DNA of 64,000 nt from Lepidodermella squamata (taxonomy: Eukaryota > Animalia > Gastrotricha). Positions 15,701-29,500 of the stretch are shown piece after piece. The first letter of the stretch is position 1. The number at the start of each line of letters is the position of its first letter. The stretch is taken from the NCBI GenBank assembly GCA_047495785.1, contig JBLDXI010000056.1, positions 124,001-188,000 of the forward strand, in the 5' to 3' direction. The notes under the pieces are model-generated. The model was not told the origin of the DNA and made no database searches. It was given only the letters and a program-made list of their open reading frames with translations. The position numbers and the translations under genes are program-made.

Positions 15701-18700
15701 TTTTATTTACCGAATATGTTCAGTTTCGATCAAAGACTAGCGAGTTCATCTGCATTTTGAAAATCTTTGAAAAGACCTTAGCTATACAGAGAATTACGCC
15801 TCAATATTCTCCTGGAGGAGCATTCGGCGTGTAAGCGCCTAAGATACATTTAGATCATGTTAACATGTTTTTGACTGATTTTCTTGCGTGGCGGCGAAGC
15901 TTGTCCGGGTAACTTGAACAGAAGCGTTAACTATTTTCGCTAACCAGAGCCTCTGTCACCCCAATAGAAAGGGCCATTAAAATGCGTTTATTCTTGATTC
16001 TGTGGACCTGCTATCAGCCTAGTGTTGCAAAACGTTAATCCAGCGCAGTGATTTTCAAACCGAATCTCTTGAAAATTTGATATTTTTTGAATGTTTTGTT
16101 TTTTGCAGATCACGTGCATTCGCTTCATCAACATCCTCGTCAATTTTCACGACGATCTGGCCGTTGCTGACTATTCAGCCCAGCGCATCGCCCTGCAGTG
16201 GGAGTTCCGGCAAAGCGGCCTCGAAGCTCTTTTACCGGTAAATTTTGCTAATTGAAACGTATCAATAAAAACCAATTTTGCCATGCTTGTTAACATTGTG
16301 TTCAGACACGATATCTGGAGAGTGACGTCGCGGTAAGGCTCTCTCGTTTATTGCCTAAACATGCGTCTGTTCGCTTTTGCTTCGGTTAAAGATATGGTTT
16401 AACGGGGCTAAGCTTATTTGTAACGTCTACCCTTGTCATTGTTCTTGTTTTCGTATTGCCTAGTGATTAAACCTTAACAGGCCTCATTTGGGCTTTTTAT
16501 ACTTGCCTTGCACACGTTTAGAAAAGGGCACCAAGCAATTTCTCTGGAAGTCATGGCAGACCAGCTTTCATACCCTGATTTTTACGAGATTTAATCAAAT
16601 TTAATCAAACAATTCCGAAATTCGACTGCTTTGAAATGTTTTCCGCATCCAAATTTCGCCAGAAGGAGGAAGGGCGGGATGGGGCCAAAGCCTAATACTC
16701 AAAAGTTCCAACTCGCCTCAAATATCGGCGAAATTAGCTAAACGACAACTTACCTCGCGCTTTAATCGTTTATCAATGAGCTTTTTAACTAAAAAATTGC
16801 GGTAAATTGATGAAAAATGTGATTTCTTCTATGATAGGAACGATTGGCCGAGGGCGAAACTGACCGATTGACGGCTGAAGTGCAGGCCTACGTCGAGAAC
16901 ATCATCGACGTGAACAGCCTGATTTCGGCCGCGGAACAGCTGGGCGCTCTACAGGCCGAACACGAAGCAGCCGCGCTACAACTATCACACGCCCGAGACA
17001 CGATTCGCGAGTTAGAAGTCGAATCGAAGGACAAGCAAATCGCCGCGGAGAAGCGAATCGCCGATCTCGTGGCCGAAGTCACGATTTTGAAGGAGAAAAT
17101 TTCGAATCTAGAGAAGAATTTGGCGAAGAAACCGGCGGTTATTGCGACGACAAGTGCGCAGATTTCGATGGTACCAGCGTCGCACGTGTCCAGCCTGCCG
17201 AAAAGCGACTCGCAGACGCAGATCCCACCCCCGCCGCCTCCGCTACCCGTGCTGACGAAAAACCCGTCGAATGCGAGCCAGGACTCAGCAGTCGGACCGC
17301 CGGTCCCACCGCCGCTCGACCCAGTCACCCTGGCACCCGGCGGGCCCCCTGCTCCGCCACCCCCTCCGCCGCCTCCCCCGCCGCCTCCAGCTATGGGCGC
17401 CCCGCCACCGCCGCCCCCTCCACCCGGTATGAAAGCACCACCGCCGCAGAGCACCCAACAGACGCGGAAATGCCCGGAGCCGCCGTTCGCGATGCAGCCG
17501 ATCAGCTGGACTGCCATCAAGGCGCCCCAGGCCCGGGGCACCCTGTTCGATAAAATGAACGAAGACAAGTTGTACGAAGTGTTGGACCTATCCAGCTTCG
17601 CCCATGTCTTCAAACTACCGACGTCGCCGTCGCATAACGGCTCGATGGTTGATTTGAACCAATCGACGTCGATCGACTCGATCGCCCCGCAATCGGCGAC
17701 GAAGCGCGGCGTCCCGCCCGGCACGCCCGGGGTCGACAGCCCAGCGGCGTCCCTGCCTGATACTTCGCACGTGTTGGACTCGAAAAGTTTTCAAAAAGTG
17801 GCGATTCTACGGCGCCGATTGCCGCACGACATCGAGTCGATAGTTCGATCGATCAACAATTTGGACGTTCGATTTCTGTCGTCGGAACACATTGATACGC
17901 TGCTGAAATTGGTGCCGGGCGAGGCGGAGATTGCGGCCTTTGCCGCGTGTGGCCTGCAGACGTCGGAGATGGGCTGCGATGAGGATCGGTTGATGTCGAG
18001 TTTGATCCACGTCGAGCGGTTGCAGCAGAAATTGGAGATTATGCAGTTCATGCTGGCGTGTGGCGAGACGATTCGCGCTCTCCGGCCGAAAATTGCGAGT
18101 GTGGCAACGGCGGCGAATGCTGTGCGCGCTTCGAAACGCCTGCACAAGCTGATCGAGGTCATACTGGCGCTGGGAAACTACGCCAATGTACGTTTTTTCT
18201 TAATGTTTCCAAATTGAGCAAAAATTGCAAATTACCCGCAAAATCGTGGAGATTTTATTTATTTCTCCTGATTGCTGAAATGCGAGGCGAATGGCCAGAA
18301 AAATGTTAGAAAAATTCGAAATGCCATCAAAATAGTACTCAAGTTAGCCATTTGTCGACGGTAAAAAAAATCCCGAGAAATCTGGCACAGAATACCCAAA
18401 ATTTCCGAACCAGTCATCATGCGGTATTTCAGTAAAATCGCGGAAAAGAAAAGGAATTGAAAAAATTCCTCTAAAAACTTAATTTGAATGAACAAATTCT
18501 GCAGAAATCAAACATTGAAAGATAGCAGCGGAAGTTGTTTTTATAATTACCCGCTCGAAGTTGGCGGTCCATTTTTCTTCTATTATCAGCGGCCACCCCT
18601 TTACGTGATCCGATTTTCAATGAGTATTTTGATGAGTTCATGATGAGTTGACCTCGGTATCCGGTGGTATGCGTCATCAACGTTGAACGATTTATGCAGA

Positions 18701-21209
18701 AAAACTAATAAAATAGTTCCTTGTGGCACGGCTTGCATGATATCAGTGATTTTGAAGCTTCGTCGAAAGTAGCGATTGAGGGGCATTCTTGCAGTGCCAT
18801 GAATTCAAATAGCGGTATTTGTGGCCGTCAACGTAGCGACAGACGTTTTCCTTCGTGTTGATAAATTCCAAATACTTAAAACTAAAGTGGATATCTTTGG
18901 TGGTCTACTACGACCCCCTCTAACCGGAACCAAAGGCAACCTGGGCGCCGATATAGTAGTGTCTTCGAGAGGAACGAGCTCAGAAGTAGTCGCAGTCGAA
19001 TTCGAAGCAATACGTTAGTATCACTCGAGACAGTCGCTGATGTTATCTTGTCGACCATGCCATGCTTGTAGGTTCGAATGTGCACCTCGACCCTGGCTTG
19101 GTTGGTTCGGCCCGAAATGGTTCCGAGTTTCCGCTTGTAAATGCTGCTCCACAAACGCAACATCGGGATGAGCTGGGGCTGTCTTTGCAGCGTTTTGATC
19201 ACTCGAGAACAGTGTAGCTCGTTCTCCGCTCCAGATCCGGCGAGTACGTGCGCCGTCACCGTTCGATCGCCAGATAGCATCGAGTTAGCTAAACGCTGCC
19301 TAGATTTGTGATGGTCACGTCATAGCAAATCCTGGCTGAGTGAATGGCAAGGTGGGCCGCCAACTTCTACGATTTGGGTATTTTTTAGAAGTTGACGGCC
19401 CACCCTCGGCCAAATCGGATCACATTAAGAGCTGGCCGCTGATAGATACAAGAAAAGTGGACCGCCAACTTCTGCCAGATTTGAAAATTGTAAACGTTAT
19501 TAAATAATTTGGAATTGAAATTATTTCGTATTAGAAAATTGAATAATTTACTGTTCTAGAAATGTTGCCCTGGATTTTAATTTTTTGTGACATTTTCGCT
19601 AGAATTTCTAACCAATTTGTTACCTGTACTCCGATTTTTTCTATTTTTTAGGCGTCATCTCGGCGAACTGCTGACCCGGCTTACGGCATAAAACTCACAA
19701 GTTTGGACCTGATAACCAATTACAAATCACCGAAGGACAAGTCGTACACGCTGCTGCACTACATTGTCGAAAATGTGACGAAACTCGTGCCGGAATTGAA
19801 AGATATAAAGGACGAGCTGCCGCAGATGGACGAAGCGGCCGGCGTTGATCTCGAGGCGATCAACACGGAAATCGCGTGGCTGAAGAAGTCGATCGAACAG
19901 GGCAAGGCTGAGGCGGCCGGGCGGCGAGAACCGCCCCAGGAATTGGTCAATTTCCTGCGCGAAAACGAGCGGGAAATCGAGCAGTTGGTGGCGGACAAAA
20001 GCTCGGCTCACGATGCGCTGCGCCAGGCTGCGGAGCTGTTTGGCGAAAATCCACGTACGTGCCAGCCGTCGACGTTTTTCGCCGTTTTTTCACGCCTCGC
20101 CACCAACTGGAAGAAAACCGAGGCGGATCTGGCGGCGCGGGCGAAGATTCGGCCAAATGTCCTCGCGAGGCAGACGACTGCGGTCGCCTCGAATGGGCGA
20201 ATTTTGGCATCGAATGGCGCGTCGAACCAGGCAGTTCAGCAGAACACGCCCTTGGACTCGAAGCTGCCTCAGTTGGGGCTGAATAAATCGGCGGTTTCGA
20301 TGCCGCGTGGCGGTGTCAATATGTTCGGCATGTCGGATGAGCTACAGGCGAAAATGACGAAGCAGCGATCGCGAGCCGAGGGGTCGAGCATTTCTTCGGC
20401 TTTGGCCAATTCGATGATAGCTGAGAGCGAAAATTCAAATTCGAATGCGTACGCGAGGCGGGAGACGTTGGAGGAAATAATTTCGAGTAAATCCAATTAC
20501 CCGTAAATTAAAAACAAATTCCGTTGAAATCGGAAAAATTCACGGGGATTTAAATCTGAGTTTATACGAAAAATGCCATATAATGGGTAAAATCGATTTT
20601 TTTCTTTTCATTTAAAAATAATAACTTCAAATTCTGATTGCTAGCAATGTGATTAGTTGAATTAAATCAAATTGAAAATTGAGTTTTCTAGCCTCAAATT
20701 TCATTTTTTGGGTTGCAAATTGGCTAGACCAGGAACAAGGGAAATTCACATTGATAAGTGATTGAAAATCAGAGTAATCCTTATAGCGTAGCGAAATTTG
20801 AAATCTCGGCTCCATAAAATTATTATTTTTCGATAAATTTTGGAACCGTAGTTAAGCCTCAGTTTTATCACATTTAATCAGAAAATTGAGCAGAATGTCG
20901 AAGGAAAATAGTTTGAATATTGTGGGATTTCCAGTGAATTTCTACTGAAATCCTGGAAAATTCTTAATAAAGCCATATTTTTATTCTTTAACATTTTCGC
21001 CTTTTTAATTTTACGTCATTTGCATCAGTTTTATTCTTCAATCTTTCTTTCGCACATTTTTTCAGGGAATGAATAGCAACTAATTTGATGTTTTGTTTCT
21101 TCCAGGTGTCAAGACGAGTCCATATCGCCGGCCCGTTCGAACTGGCAACCACGCGAATCACGACGGCGTCAGTCCAACAACGTCGCCTTTGCCTCCCCTG
21201 CTGTCCTAA
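12779..21209 (+). CDS. FMNL: FMNL/FRL-type formin (GBD/FH3-FH1-FH2-DAD); exons 12779-13248, 14114-14262, 15167-15537, 16109-16237, 16838-18187, 19652-20486, 21106-21209
   Basis: MGGSHS myristoylation-like start, FLRDLEPALRSNTVDWINEF and CIRCLKAIMNYRDGF (GBD/FH3), polyproline FH1, FH2 (PISWTAIK...GTLF, EVILALGNYAN, YGIKLTSL, TLLHYIV) and DAD LEEIISSVKTSPYRR. All junctions are GT-AG and in frame. Confidence 0.88.
18557..19472. mobile_element. Non-autonomous DNA transposon-like element with ~55-60 bp imperfect TIRs in formin intron 5
   Basis: The left end GAAGTTGGCGGTCCATTTTTC...ATCAGCGGCCA...GTGATCCGATTT is the inverted copy of ~19411-19472. A TIR-related hairpin lies at 19351-19404. No clear TSD. 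Confidence 0.7.
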
Positions 21210-22801
21210 ACGTTGAAGCTGATGAATTATGATATCTAGGCTTGCCACTTATTGTTGCTCGTTTTTTCTTAAATTTCGATGATTTGCTAAACAAATCCGT
21301 GCCAGGATAGTGCCAGGATATTACGGCTTTTTACTTATTACACGAGTGCTAAGAACAAAAGCGCGGTTCTATACTACAATTGCTACTTCACTTTTTACTA
21401 TGACGCTAAAATTTCTATTGTATACTTCACTCGCGGAACAATGATGCTTTAAACCGGAAAATCGAATACTTGGTGTTGTAACCCCACTTTGAAATTGTCT
21501 CAATTTTTTCAGTATTTTTCTTCTTGCTAATTTTTAGGCAGTTGTGAGATAGTTTTACAGCACATTCCGTAGTATTTTTCACACAAAAAAAGAATAATTT
21601 TGCTCTTTGAAACAATAATTTTTTCACTCGCGTGTGGTGATATTGTGTCTTCAAGCTTAACTTTGCAATCGGTGGTAATTGATATGCGAAATCAGAAAAA
21701 TTGTGAATTATTCGGGTGACGGTGCTCATAATAACGTGATTCAATTTTTGATACGGTTGGTAAACTTAGCCTCTTATCTACCTATAACTGATTTGTCGAA
21801 AATTAGCCCATTACCCTATAACAGTTATGTCTAAGCACCCCTCATAATATTAGGCCAACAAATTCGTATACCACAAATCTATGCATAATTTTAGATTTCA
21901 AGGTTAAATTTCCCTTATATTCCGATTTGACGGACATTCATTATTTTGTGTACCAATTTACATATAATTTTTGTCTTTTAAATGGCTTACCCTGCTGATC
22001 GACTGATATGCACCTGACCTACTTATATTAATATACCTTATTTTTGAGGCACTTTGAAAAATATGCAAAATTATTATCGAATACTTGATGAGTAAAGAAT
22101 ATGCAAATTTGTGTTTAAATTGAGATAAAATCAACCCAACTCGTCTCTTGTTCAGTCTGCTTTTCAATCGATTTTTCTTTTGCCTTTTGTTGATACATAT
22201 GCCGATAACTGTGACTCTACCCTCTACCGTTGTTCTTATACTTCTTCTTATATATATGCAGAAAAAAGTTAAATTTTATTGCTACTTCTGGTGAAATTTA
22301 ATGTCCGCTATCGAATGTCTTTTATTCTTCTTATAACAAGGAATCACGATGTGATTCGGCTTTGAAAGAAACGAAAAAAATGATGCAAACAAAGCTTGAC
22401 TTTATACTATTAAAATTGCGAATTGTTGCAGTTTTCTTGACGGTTTTTGTTTTGAAGTCTTTTCTAGAGTTTATTCTCAGTGTTATATGCTCAGTAGTCC
22501 ACGATCCTGTTGAATGGAGAGCTGAAAGGAAGTAAACTACAGAAGGGGTTCGGGATGAAATGTTTTAATATCAATTATCTGAAGGTCTAACAGAAGACCA
22601 CTGAGATCGGTGAAATGCTAACAATTTAGTGAAATTCGGGAATTTGATTACTGGAATCGACGGAAAATGACCGCAAATGACCGTCGGGTTTCTGAGCAAT
22701 TTCGGGAAAGGAATGCTACTTCAAAGTCGCTGTGATGAAATCGAAAGTCCGCTAACCATTTGGCTTGATATTTAGTCGTCATTTTATTCTAATTTATTCA
22801 A

Positions 22802-25800
22802 ATGAAGAGTTTGGCTAGAATCGCGAGAAACCAGTCCATCGCAAAGGTGAGCCGTTTTTATTGGCTATAGCTGCCTATTTGAATTGCAAACAAATTTGTT
22901 CAAGCCTGTTTTTACTGTAAAATTCTGGCGTATTTACGTTTGCGAAAAGTAATTCGGGAGTAATCAATCTTTTTCTTCATTTTTGACATGAATTTTTAAG
23001 ATCAAGCCTCGCCGAACATTGTAGATATGTTTGTGTCACCCCTAGGTCATCACCCGGTTTCCGAATCGAGATCTGTCGAACCTGTCACCAGAAGAGTTGA
23101 ATTCGCCGACTCTGGCCCGGCTGTTAGCTGCCCGGATCCGCTCAACTGGAGCCATGACTGTTGCCGAATTCATGCGTGAAAGCCTCATCAACCCTCAACA
23201 TGGGTATTATTCGCGTAAAGAGGCCTTCATCGGGCCGGACGGGTCGAAGGAGAGCTCAGATTTCATCACTTCGCCCGAAATCAGTTCGATTTTCGGCGAG
23301 TTGATCGCCGTTTGGATTGTGCATCAGATTCAGCAGCAAACGCAAGGCTCGCCGGTGAAACATGCCATCGATCTGGTCGAATTAGGACCTGGCACTGGTA
23401 TCATGATGAGCGATATGTTGAAGGTAAATACGAAAACATGCATTTTATTTACAATTTTACGTTATGGGCGGCTATATGGCATTCAGCGGGCCCTTCTGTA
23501 TGAAATCCGATGATAAGATTTCCGCATTACCTATAATATGTTTCTAAGCGGAAACACACTCATTCCAGATTTTTCTGAAATTTTACAAACATTATTTTGG
23601 AATTAGAAATTGAGTTTAAATTGTTTGTAAGTCTAAAGCCATGTATTATTTCTTGTCATCGTTGATCATCAGCTAGGCACCGTTGACCGTTGACCGTTGA
23701 CCGTTGAATAACTTGTGCCTTGACTAGAAAACATTAGGCAATCAATTTTGACACCGTGCACATTTTATCAATACTCGCGTATGCTGCGCACTGGAGCAAA
23801 AAAGCTCTTGAAGGGCCGCTACATTAATGACCATGGTATCATACATCGAATGGGCTGTCTTACGTGGAGTTGTGTATCCGAATTTATTGTTCGCGCGGTA
23901 ATACTTGACCAAAGTATCAACCCAAAAGTATCACCAGAACACAAAATTGATTGCGTCCTTTTGGGTGACCACGGTTGCAACACGACCTTGTTATCTTTCA
24001 AATCACCTGTTCTCCGGAATTTGCTAACCCGATATGATGTGAAATGGTCGAGCTTTGTGAATCCTTTCAACTTTATGGGCGCTTTGGTTATTATAATACA
24101 ACAATAATCGTTTCGTTTACGCATCTCATTGACTGAAGCGTCATTACCGTTTCCGGTTTTCAGAAGAGGGCGAAGGCAGGCAAAGAGAAATCCTTACCCT
24201 TCCCCACAGTTGAAGATCTTGCTTTGTTTTTGTTAGTAGTGAAATATAATTCCACAATTTCGAAACGTTCAACAGCTGTATATACCGTCGATAGCGGGGC
24301 ATCTTTAAAGGAAAATAAAAATCGGCTGAACGACCAATTTTGAGGCCGTAGCAAAGCAAAACAAATCGTGCCACGCTGCGTCATTAGTTGGCCAGTTTTA
24401 TCTTTACTACAGGGTGTTCAAGAAATATTAGGTGGGCTAGATCATGAAGAAAAAAGACAGCACGATTTAGCTGCGATATTTAGCGAATAGTTTTTCATTA
24501 ATTAAAATCTGTTGGGCTTTGTAAAAGATAGACGAGCCGTACCGACCAGGGAGTCGTTTCACAAACTTGGAATCACCGCCTGTCAGTCATTGCCAATTAC
24601 AGATTGAGAGTATTCACGGTGGCACTTCGGCTCAATTGGTGACAGAAACGGACGAAAAATCGCAGGATTCCCTTTTCTTTTGGACTCTGCGAGCTGAAAC
24701 GAATATAGAAAACACGGTGTTGAAATATAGCCAGAGGATTTCTGTCCGAACGCCCTTCGCAAACTTTTCGGCCAAATCCCTGTCGTTATTGGGCGAGATC
24801 TGCACATCTTCCTCATCGATTTTATCTGATGGGACTTGCCTAAGCATGTAACCGAGTGGTTGTAACTTCCTTGTTGTATTAATCTTTAGACAGTTTGAGC
24901 GTAGTCAATTAGTTATACCATGAAGGTCATCTTCAAGTAATAATTATAATACAGAATCATTTTTGACAGCCAAGTATCTAGTGGTATCTTCGGCGTATTA
25001 GATTAGTCGAGTTGAGCTTTTAAACTGGTAACTCGTTGAAGTAAATCGTGGTCCTATAACGAAGGCATGTGACAATGTATTAACTGTCGTGAACAACGTG
25101 TAGTTTGAAGTCGGCAATGATTTCAGCCGACTTGCGTTCAGTTTTTCCGGCCTGAATGTTTTAGATGCCAAATTAATCCAACAGCGCGGCATCAGTTAAT
25201 CATGCCTTAAGGCGCCTTGTTCAATCCTTTGAAAATAACCATCGGCGGTAATTTTGTGCCATTATTGTTCTAATATAAGCTCCCAATCGATTCCCAAGCG
25301 AGCACAGTAATACGGTATTAGCTTCTTCAGAGAAAAACGGTAACCATGACTCGATATAACACATTTCAGTTCTTTCCATAGAGAACAGAAGTTCAAATTT
25401 CATGAAATGCTCACATTTTTAGTGGTGATTTTTTTTTAATTTCTGTTACTTTAGACGATAGCGAAATTGGCGACGGCAAGCCCTGTGACGAAAGCCGAAT
25501 GGAACGTGCACATGGTTGAGGCGAGCCCGAAATTGACCGAAGTTCAACGTGGCAATTTGACCACGCAAGAACTGGCCGAAAAGTTTCCGCATATTCAATG
25601 GCACGATCACTTTGAATCCGCATTTCGAGCTCTGACAAGCAATGAAAACAACTCGAGTGTGTTTATCGGGCACGAATTTCTCGACGCGTTGCCGATTCAT
25701 AAATTTCAGAGGGTGGAAGCAGGCGGCAAGCAGGAGCAGGGCTGGCGCGAAGTTCTCGTCGATTTGGTCGAAGATAAGCCGGGCGACTTGGATCCGAAAT

Positions 25801-26442
25801 TTCGCTTCGTCCTCGCACGCGGCCCCACACCGGCCTCTATCGCCTTTCAGGTGGGAATACTCTTCTTGGTTATATTCTTAGATAAAATTTGTCAATAATT
25901 ATGTTATTGTTTGTTCATATTTCAAGCCGGCGGCAGGCGATAAACGAAAACATGTGGAAGTGTGCCCGCAGGCTGTTCGCTTCGTAGACCGTATCGCTCG
26001 ATTGATTGCGTCACGCAAGAGTGGCCTCGCCCTGTTCGCCGACTACGGCCATAACGGCGAAGGTGAGGACACGTTCCGAGCCTATTCGGCCTCGAAGCAG
26101 GTTGAACCGCTGTCGATCGCTCCTGGTTCCAGCGACCTGACGGCTGATGTTGACTTTTCAAGCGTAGCCGCGACTGTTAGCCGGGTGAAGGGTGTAAGGG
26201 CGGTGGGACCGATCACGCAGCGCGAATTTCTCGTCAATATGGGGTTCCTTCAGCGGCTGGAGGTGCTGCTTAAAAACTGTCGCGAAAAGAAAGACGCAGA
26301 GGGACGGAAACGGCTGTTGGGCCAGGCGGAATTTTTGCTGTCGGACAAGCATATGGGAGATCGGTTCAAATTCATGGCGATTTTGCCGGAAAGTGCAGAT
26401 CCACAGCAGCAGAATGTTGCAGGATTTTCGCGGCTATGGTAG
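22802..26442 (+). CDS. NDUFAF7: Mitochondrial arginine methyltransferase / complex I assembly factor (MidA family); exons 22802-22846, 23046-23423, 25455-25850, 25927-26442
   Basis: MTVAEFMRESL...GYY, DFITSPEISSIFGEL, LVELGPGTG, VEASPKL, HEFLDALP, DYG, DLTADVDF and MGDRFK motifs. The basic N-terminus MKSLARIARNQSIAK resembles a transit peptide. Exon 1 is the least certain. Confidence 0.92.
23680..25400 (-). mobile_element. Possible decayed transposon filling NDUFAF7 intron 2
   Basis: A string of broken protein-like minus-strand ORFs (e.g. IKLKGFTKLDHF), with a (CCGTTGA)4 repeat at 23680-23707 at one edge. Family not identifiable. Confidence 0.3.
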
Positions 26443-26494
26443 CGATTCAATATCTGGGAAGAACTTTAGTTTTGTTGCCATTGATATTTTTGAA

Positions 26495-26532
26495 AATAAA
26501 AAATGGAAGAAATGTAAACATTTGTTTTTATT
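26495..26532. terminator. Facing polyadenylation signals of NDUFAF7 (+, 26495-26500) and the mosaic lectin gene (-, 26532-26527)
   Basis: AATAAA on + and TTTATT on + lie 26 nt apart between the two convergent stop regions. Confidence 0.55.
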
Positions 26533-26593
26533 ATCAAGAGAATAAGCTCAACTGAAAACTAGAATCGAGTCATTAGCGTTCTGTCGGTACCGA

Positions 26594-29500
26594 TTAAATC
26601 GGCTCCAGGGAGCACCACGTGGAGGTCGAACGCCCAACAGCTCCCCATGGCAGCGGAAACAAAATCAAAGCAAAATAACTAGCGATGTCAAAATTCAAAA
26701 TAAGGGAAATTATATTTGTGGTGCTAACTCGTCCAGGCCCCATGAAATTAGTTAATGGCTTACCTGAACACTTTTTAGGAATCCAAGTTCTCGTGATTGG
26801 CCCGCCTGGTCCGACATAGTTGACTACAGACCAAGTTTGATTCCCAGTGCAGACTATCGTGGCATTGCTGTCCCACCCAAGCGGTTCGAGCACTAGCTCG
26901 TACTCGCATTTGTAGAAAACTGAAGTTCCCAGCTCAAAAATGCTGGAAGCATTTGTTAGCGTGGGTGTAGTAACTGCGTAATCGAAAATTGCAGGCGTAT
27001 CGCAGCTCAAGGCTATTGATTATGCAAATGTTTAAACGATTGGTTTTTAAATAATAGTGACTTACGAATGCACACTCCAGGACTAGCAGGGTTCCACATT
27101 CGATATTCATTGCACTGGATTAGACTTGATTTAACCATTGTATCTTTGAAAAGAAAACCAGGATCGCATGTGTAGTTCCAAATCGTATCACGACGTGTGC
27201 GATCTGCTACTACAACTGGTCTCGTGAAATTAGCCCAGCCGTTCAAAATGTTCGGAGGAGGGTTGCAGCGAGTTGACGTGCAGTTGACTGATTCACCTGT
27301 CCATTGGCCGTATGGCGGGGCGCATACTCGAGTCAAATCTCCCGAGACCAATTCAAAGTCTGGCGCGCATGTAAAGACCAGGGTCATAGAGCCTCCACTA
27401 ACTAAGGTTGAAGCTAAAACAGCATTGGGCATGGGAGGGAGGTCGCCGCATAGAGTTCTGCAGTCGAGCCATCGGCCTGTCCATAACGAGCCGACACATC
27501 GCAACACGGTCCAATCTCCGACCCAGGCAGCGTTGGTAAAACCAGGCCTACAGGTGTAATTGACCTCCATATTAGTCGGCATGGAGACGATGCCCATATT
27601 TGTGCCGTACATACTCGGAGGTGGGCCGCAGCTCGACACGTAGTTGCATTTATCCATCCGATAGAAGGTGTCTTTCGTCGTATCAACCGCACCGGACCCT
27701 GGATCACATCTTGTCGACTTGAGCCAACATTTGTCAAGTCGATTCGTGACAGCTACAACACAAGGACCTCCGCTACTAGCATAGTTAGTACAAGCTTTTT
27801 GGCATTCAGTTGCCGGGTCGTTCGTTGTCAATGCGACCTCGGAAATTGTTGACTGGCTACACGAGTAATTCGCCGCCGTGACGTAGTTAGTCATTCCGAC
27901 CTTCCGACGGATCTTCATCTCAGTTCTGTCCATAGTAGCACAAGACATGCCAAGTTTCGAATACATCGAATAATATTTGATGCCTCGTTCACATGACGAA
28001 GGCGAATACGGCCCGTTGAGCGATGAGTATTTAGGAATGCAGTTTGTCGTATCTGTATATTCGAACCACCAGCCACCGCTCGCTCCACTTCCACAGACGT
28101 CGAAAACGAAATCGTTACCAGACAACTGGCTGAATGAATCCCCAGCCGTCGAGCAGCTTTGGTAGCCAGACACTTTCAGCGTGTTTGAATCACCCGTGGT
28201 ATAGAAGAGGTCGTAAAGAGCGAAGGCGTACTTATCGCTGCCTTTCAACTCGATCAGCAGTTCGTATTCAGCAGTTTGTGTCAGACCTCGGATCACGCGA
28301 TGGCCGAGCCACCAGTTGGCACTCGGTGAGCCGAACATCAAATCATACGCCTCAATTTCATACTGGAAGGTCTGAGTGTTATCAACTCTGCGTTGAATCA
28401 CTGTCCATCCTCCGCCCATGGTTTGCATATCACAATAGCTAGTAAAATAGCTTAGATCATTCGTAAAAAGCGTGCTGTAGGCCTGGGAGTAGAATGTCTT
28501 CGCGGTATCTTGGAAATACGTGCAATCCTGAGGTTCGGGATAAGCTGTAAAACCACGAACTGTAAAAGCTAATGATATTCTTCAGATCTTACCCTGGCAG
28601 ACAAGATCTTCACCGGAGTAAACCCCGAAAACCCCCGTATAAACTCGGATGTTATCACCTGAAACTTGCTGGTAAGTGTGCATACAAGCGTGGTAGATGA
28701 TGCCGTATTCAGCACATAACACCTTGGTGCTAGCATGTGGCAAGTTTAGCGTTGCCTTTCGCCTAATGTAAATTACACTGCCAGCTAATTCAGGACTACT
28801 GCCGGAGTTGAAGTCTTTCCAATAGAGGCGCTCGCTACTTGTTTCGTTAGCTAAGCCGTTGAGATTGGCAGTTCGCGAGCAATCGTCCGTTGAATCTGGG
28901 TCGGCAAACCACCAGCCACTTTCATATTTTTGCGCACAAGCACTGGCTCGTTTTGTCACTTGGTCGGCAGTTATGAAGGGAATGTAGTTATGCGATGACA
29001 AAGAATCGGCTTTAGAAAGAAAAAAAAACAGAAAATTATATCGGCTGGAAAAATATCCGCTCACTCAAGTTGCTAAGAGTTGAAGAGTATCCATCGACAT
29101 ATAACTGGTAACCAAGCGATGATGATGAGATTCTAAGCCAAATACAAAAATTAAGCATCAGAAATATAGACAAAGTTGAATCCTCTTTTACTTGATATCG
29201 TCATAGTAAGCCCATTTCATGTTACTTGAGCCTTTTTGCAAGACCCCGATTAAGACGGAGTAGGCAGCTTGCTTGGTCAATATGTTCATCCTGTCAAGAC
29301 CTAACCATGCAAATTAAAGCGCTTAGATCTGAGATTCTTTATCTCTCAACCCACCGAGCCAAAAATCCGAATCAGTGCTGCCGAAACCAGCCTTGTACTC
29401 GGCATAAGTCTTATCGAAGGACGTATCGCCCGTGAAGCGTCGTTGTAGCGCCTAGGGTAAAAATGTTTATGCTTCGAACAAAGCAATTCTCGAGCTTACT

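Noticed and set aside
16888-17724. 278-aa Gly-rich antisense ORF
   Set aside because: It is the mirror of the formin FH1 polyproline codons.
22802-26442. Horizontal transfer of a bacterial MidA-like methyltransferase
   Set aside because: NDUFAF7 is a standard eukaryotic mitochondrial gene, and this copy has introns and a transit-like N-terminus.
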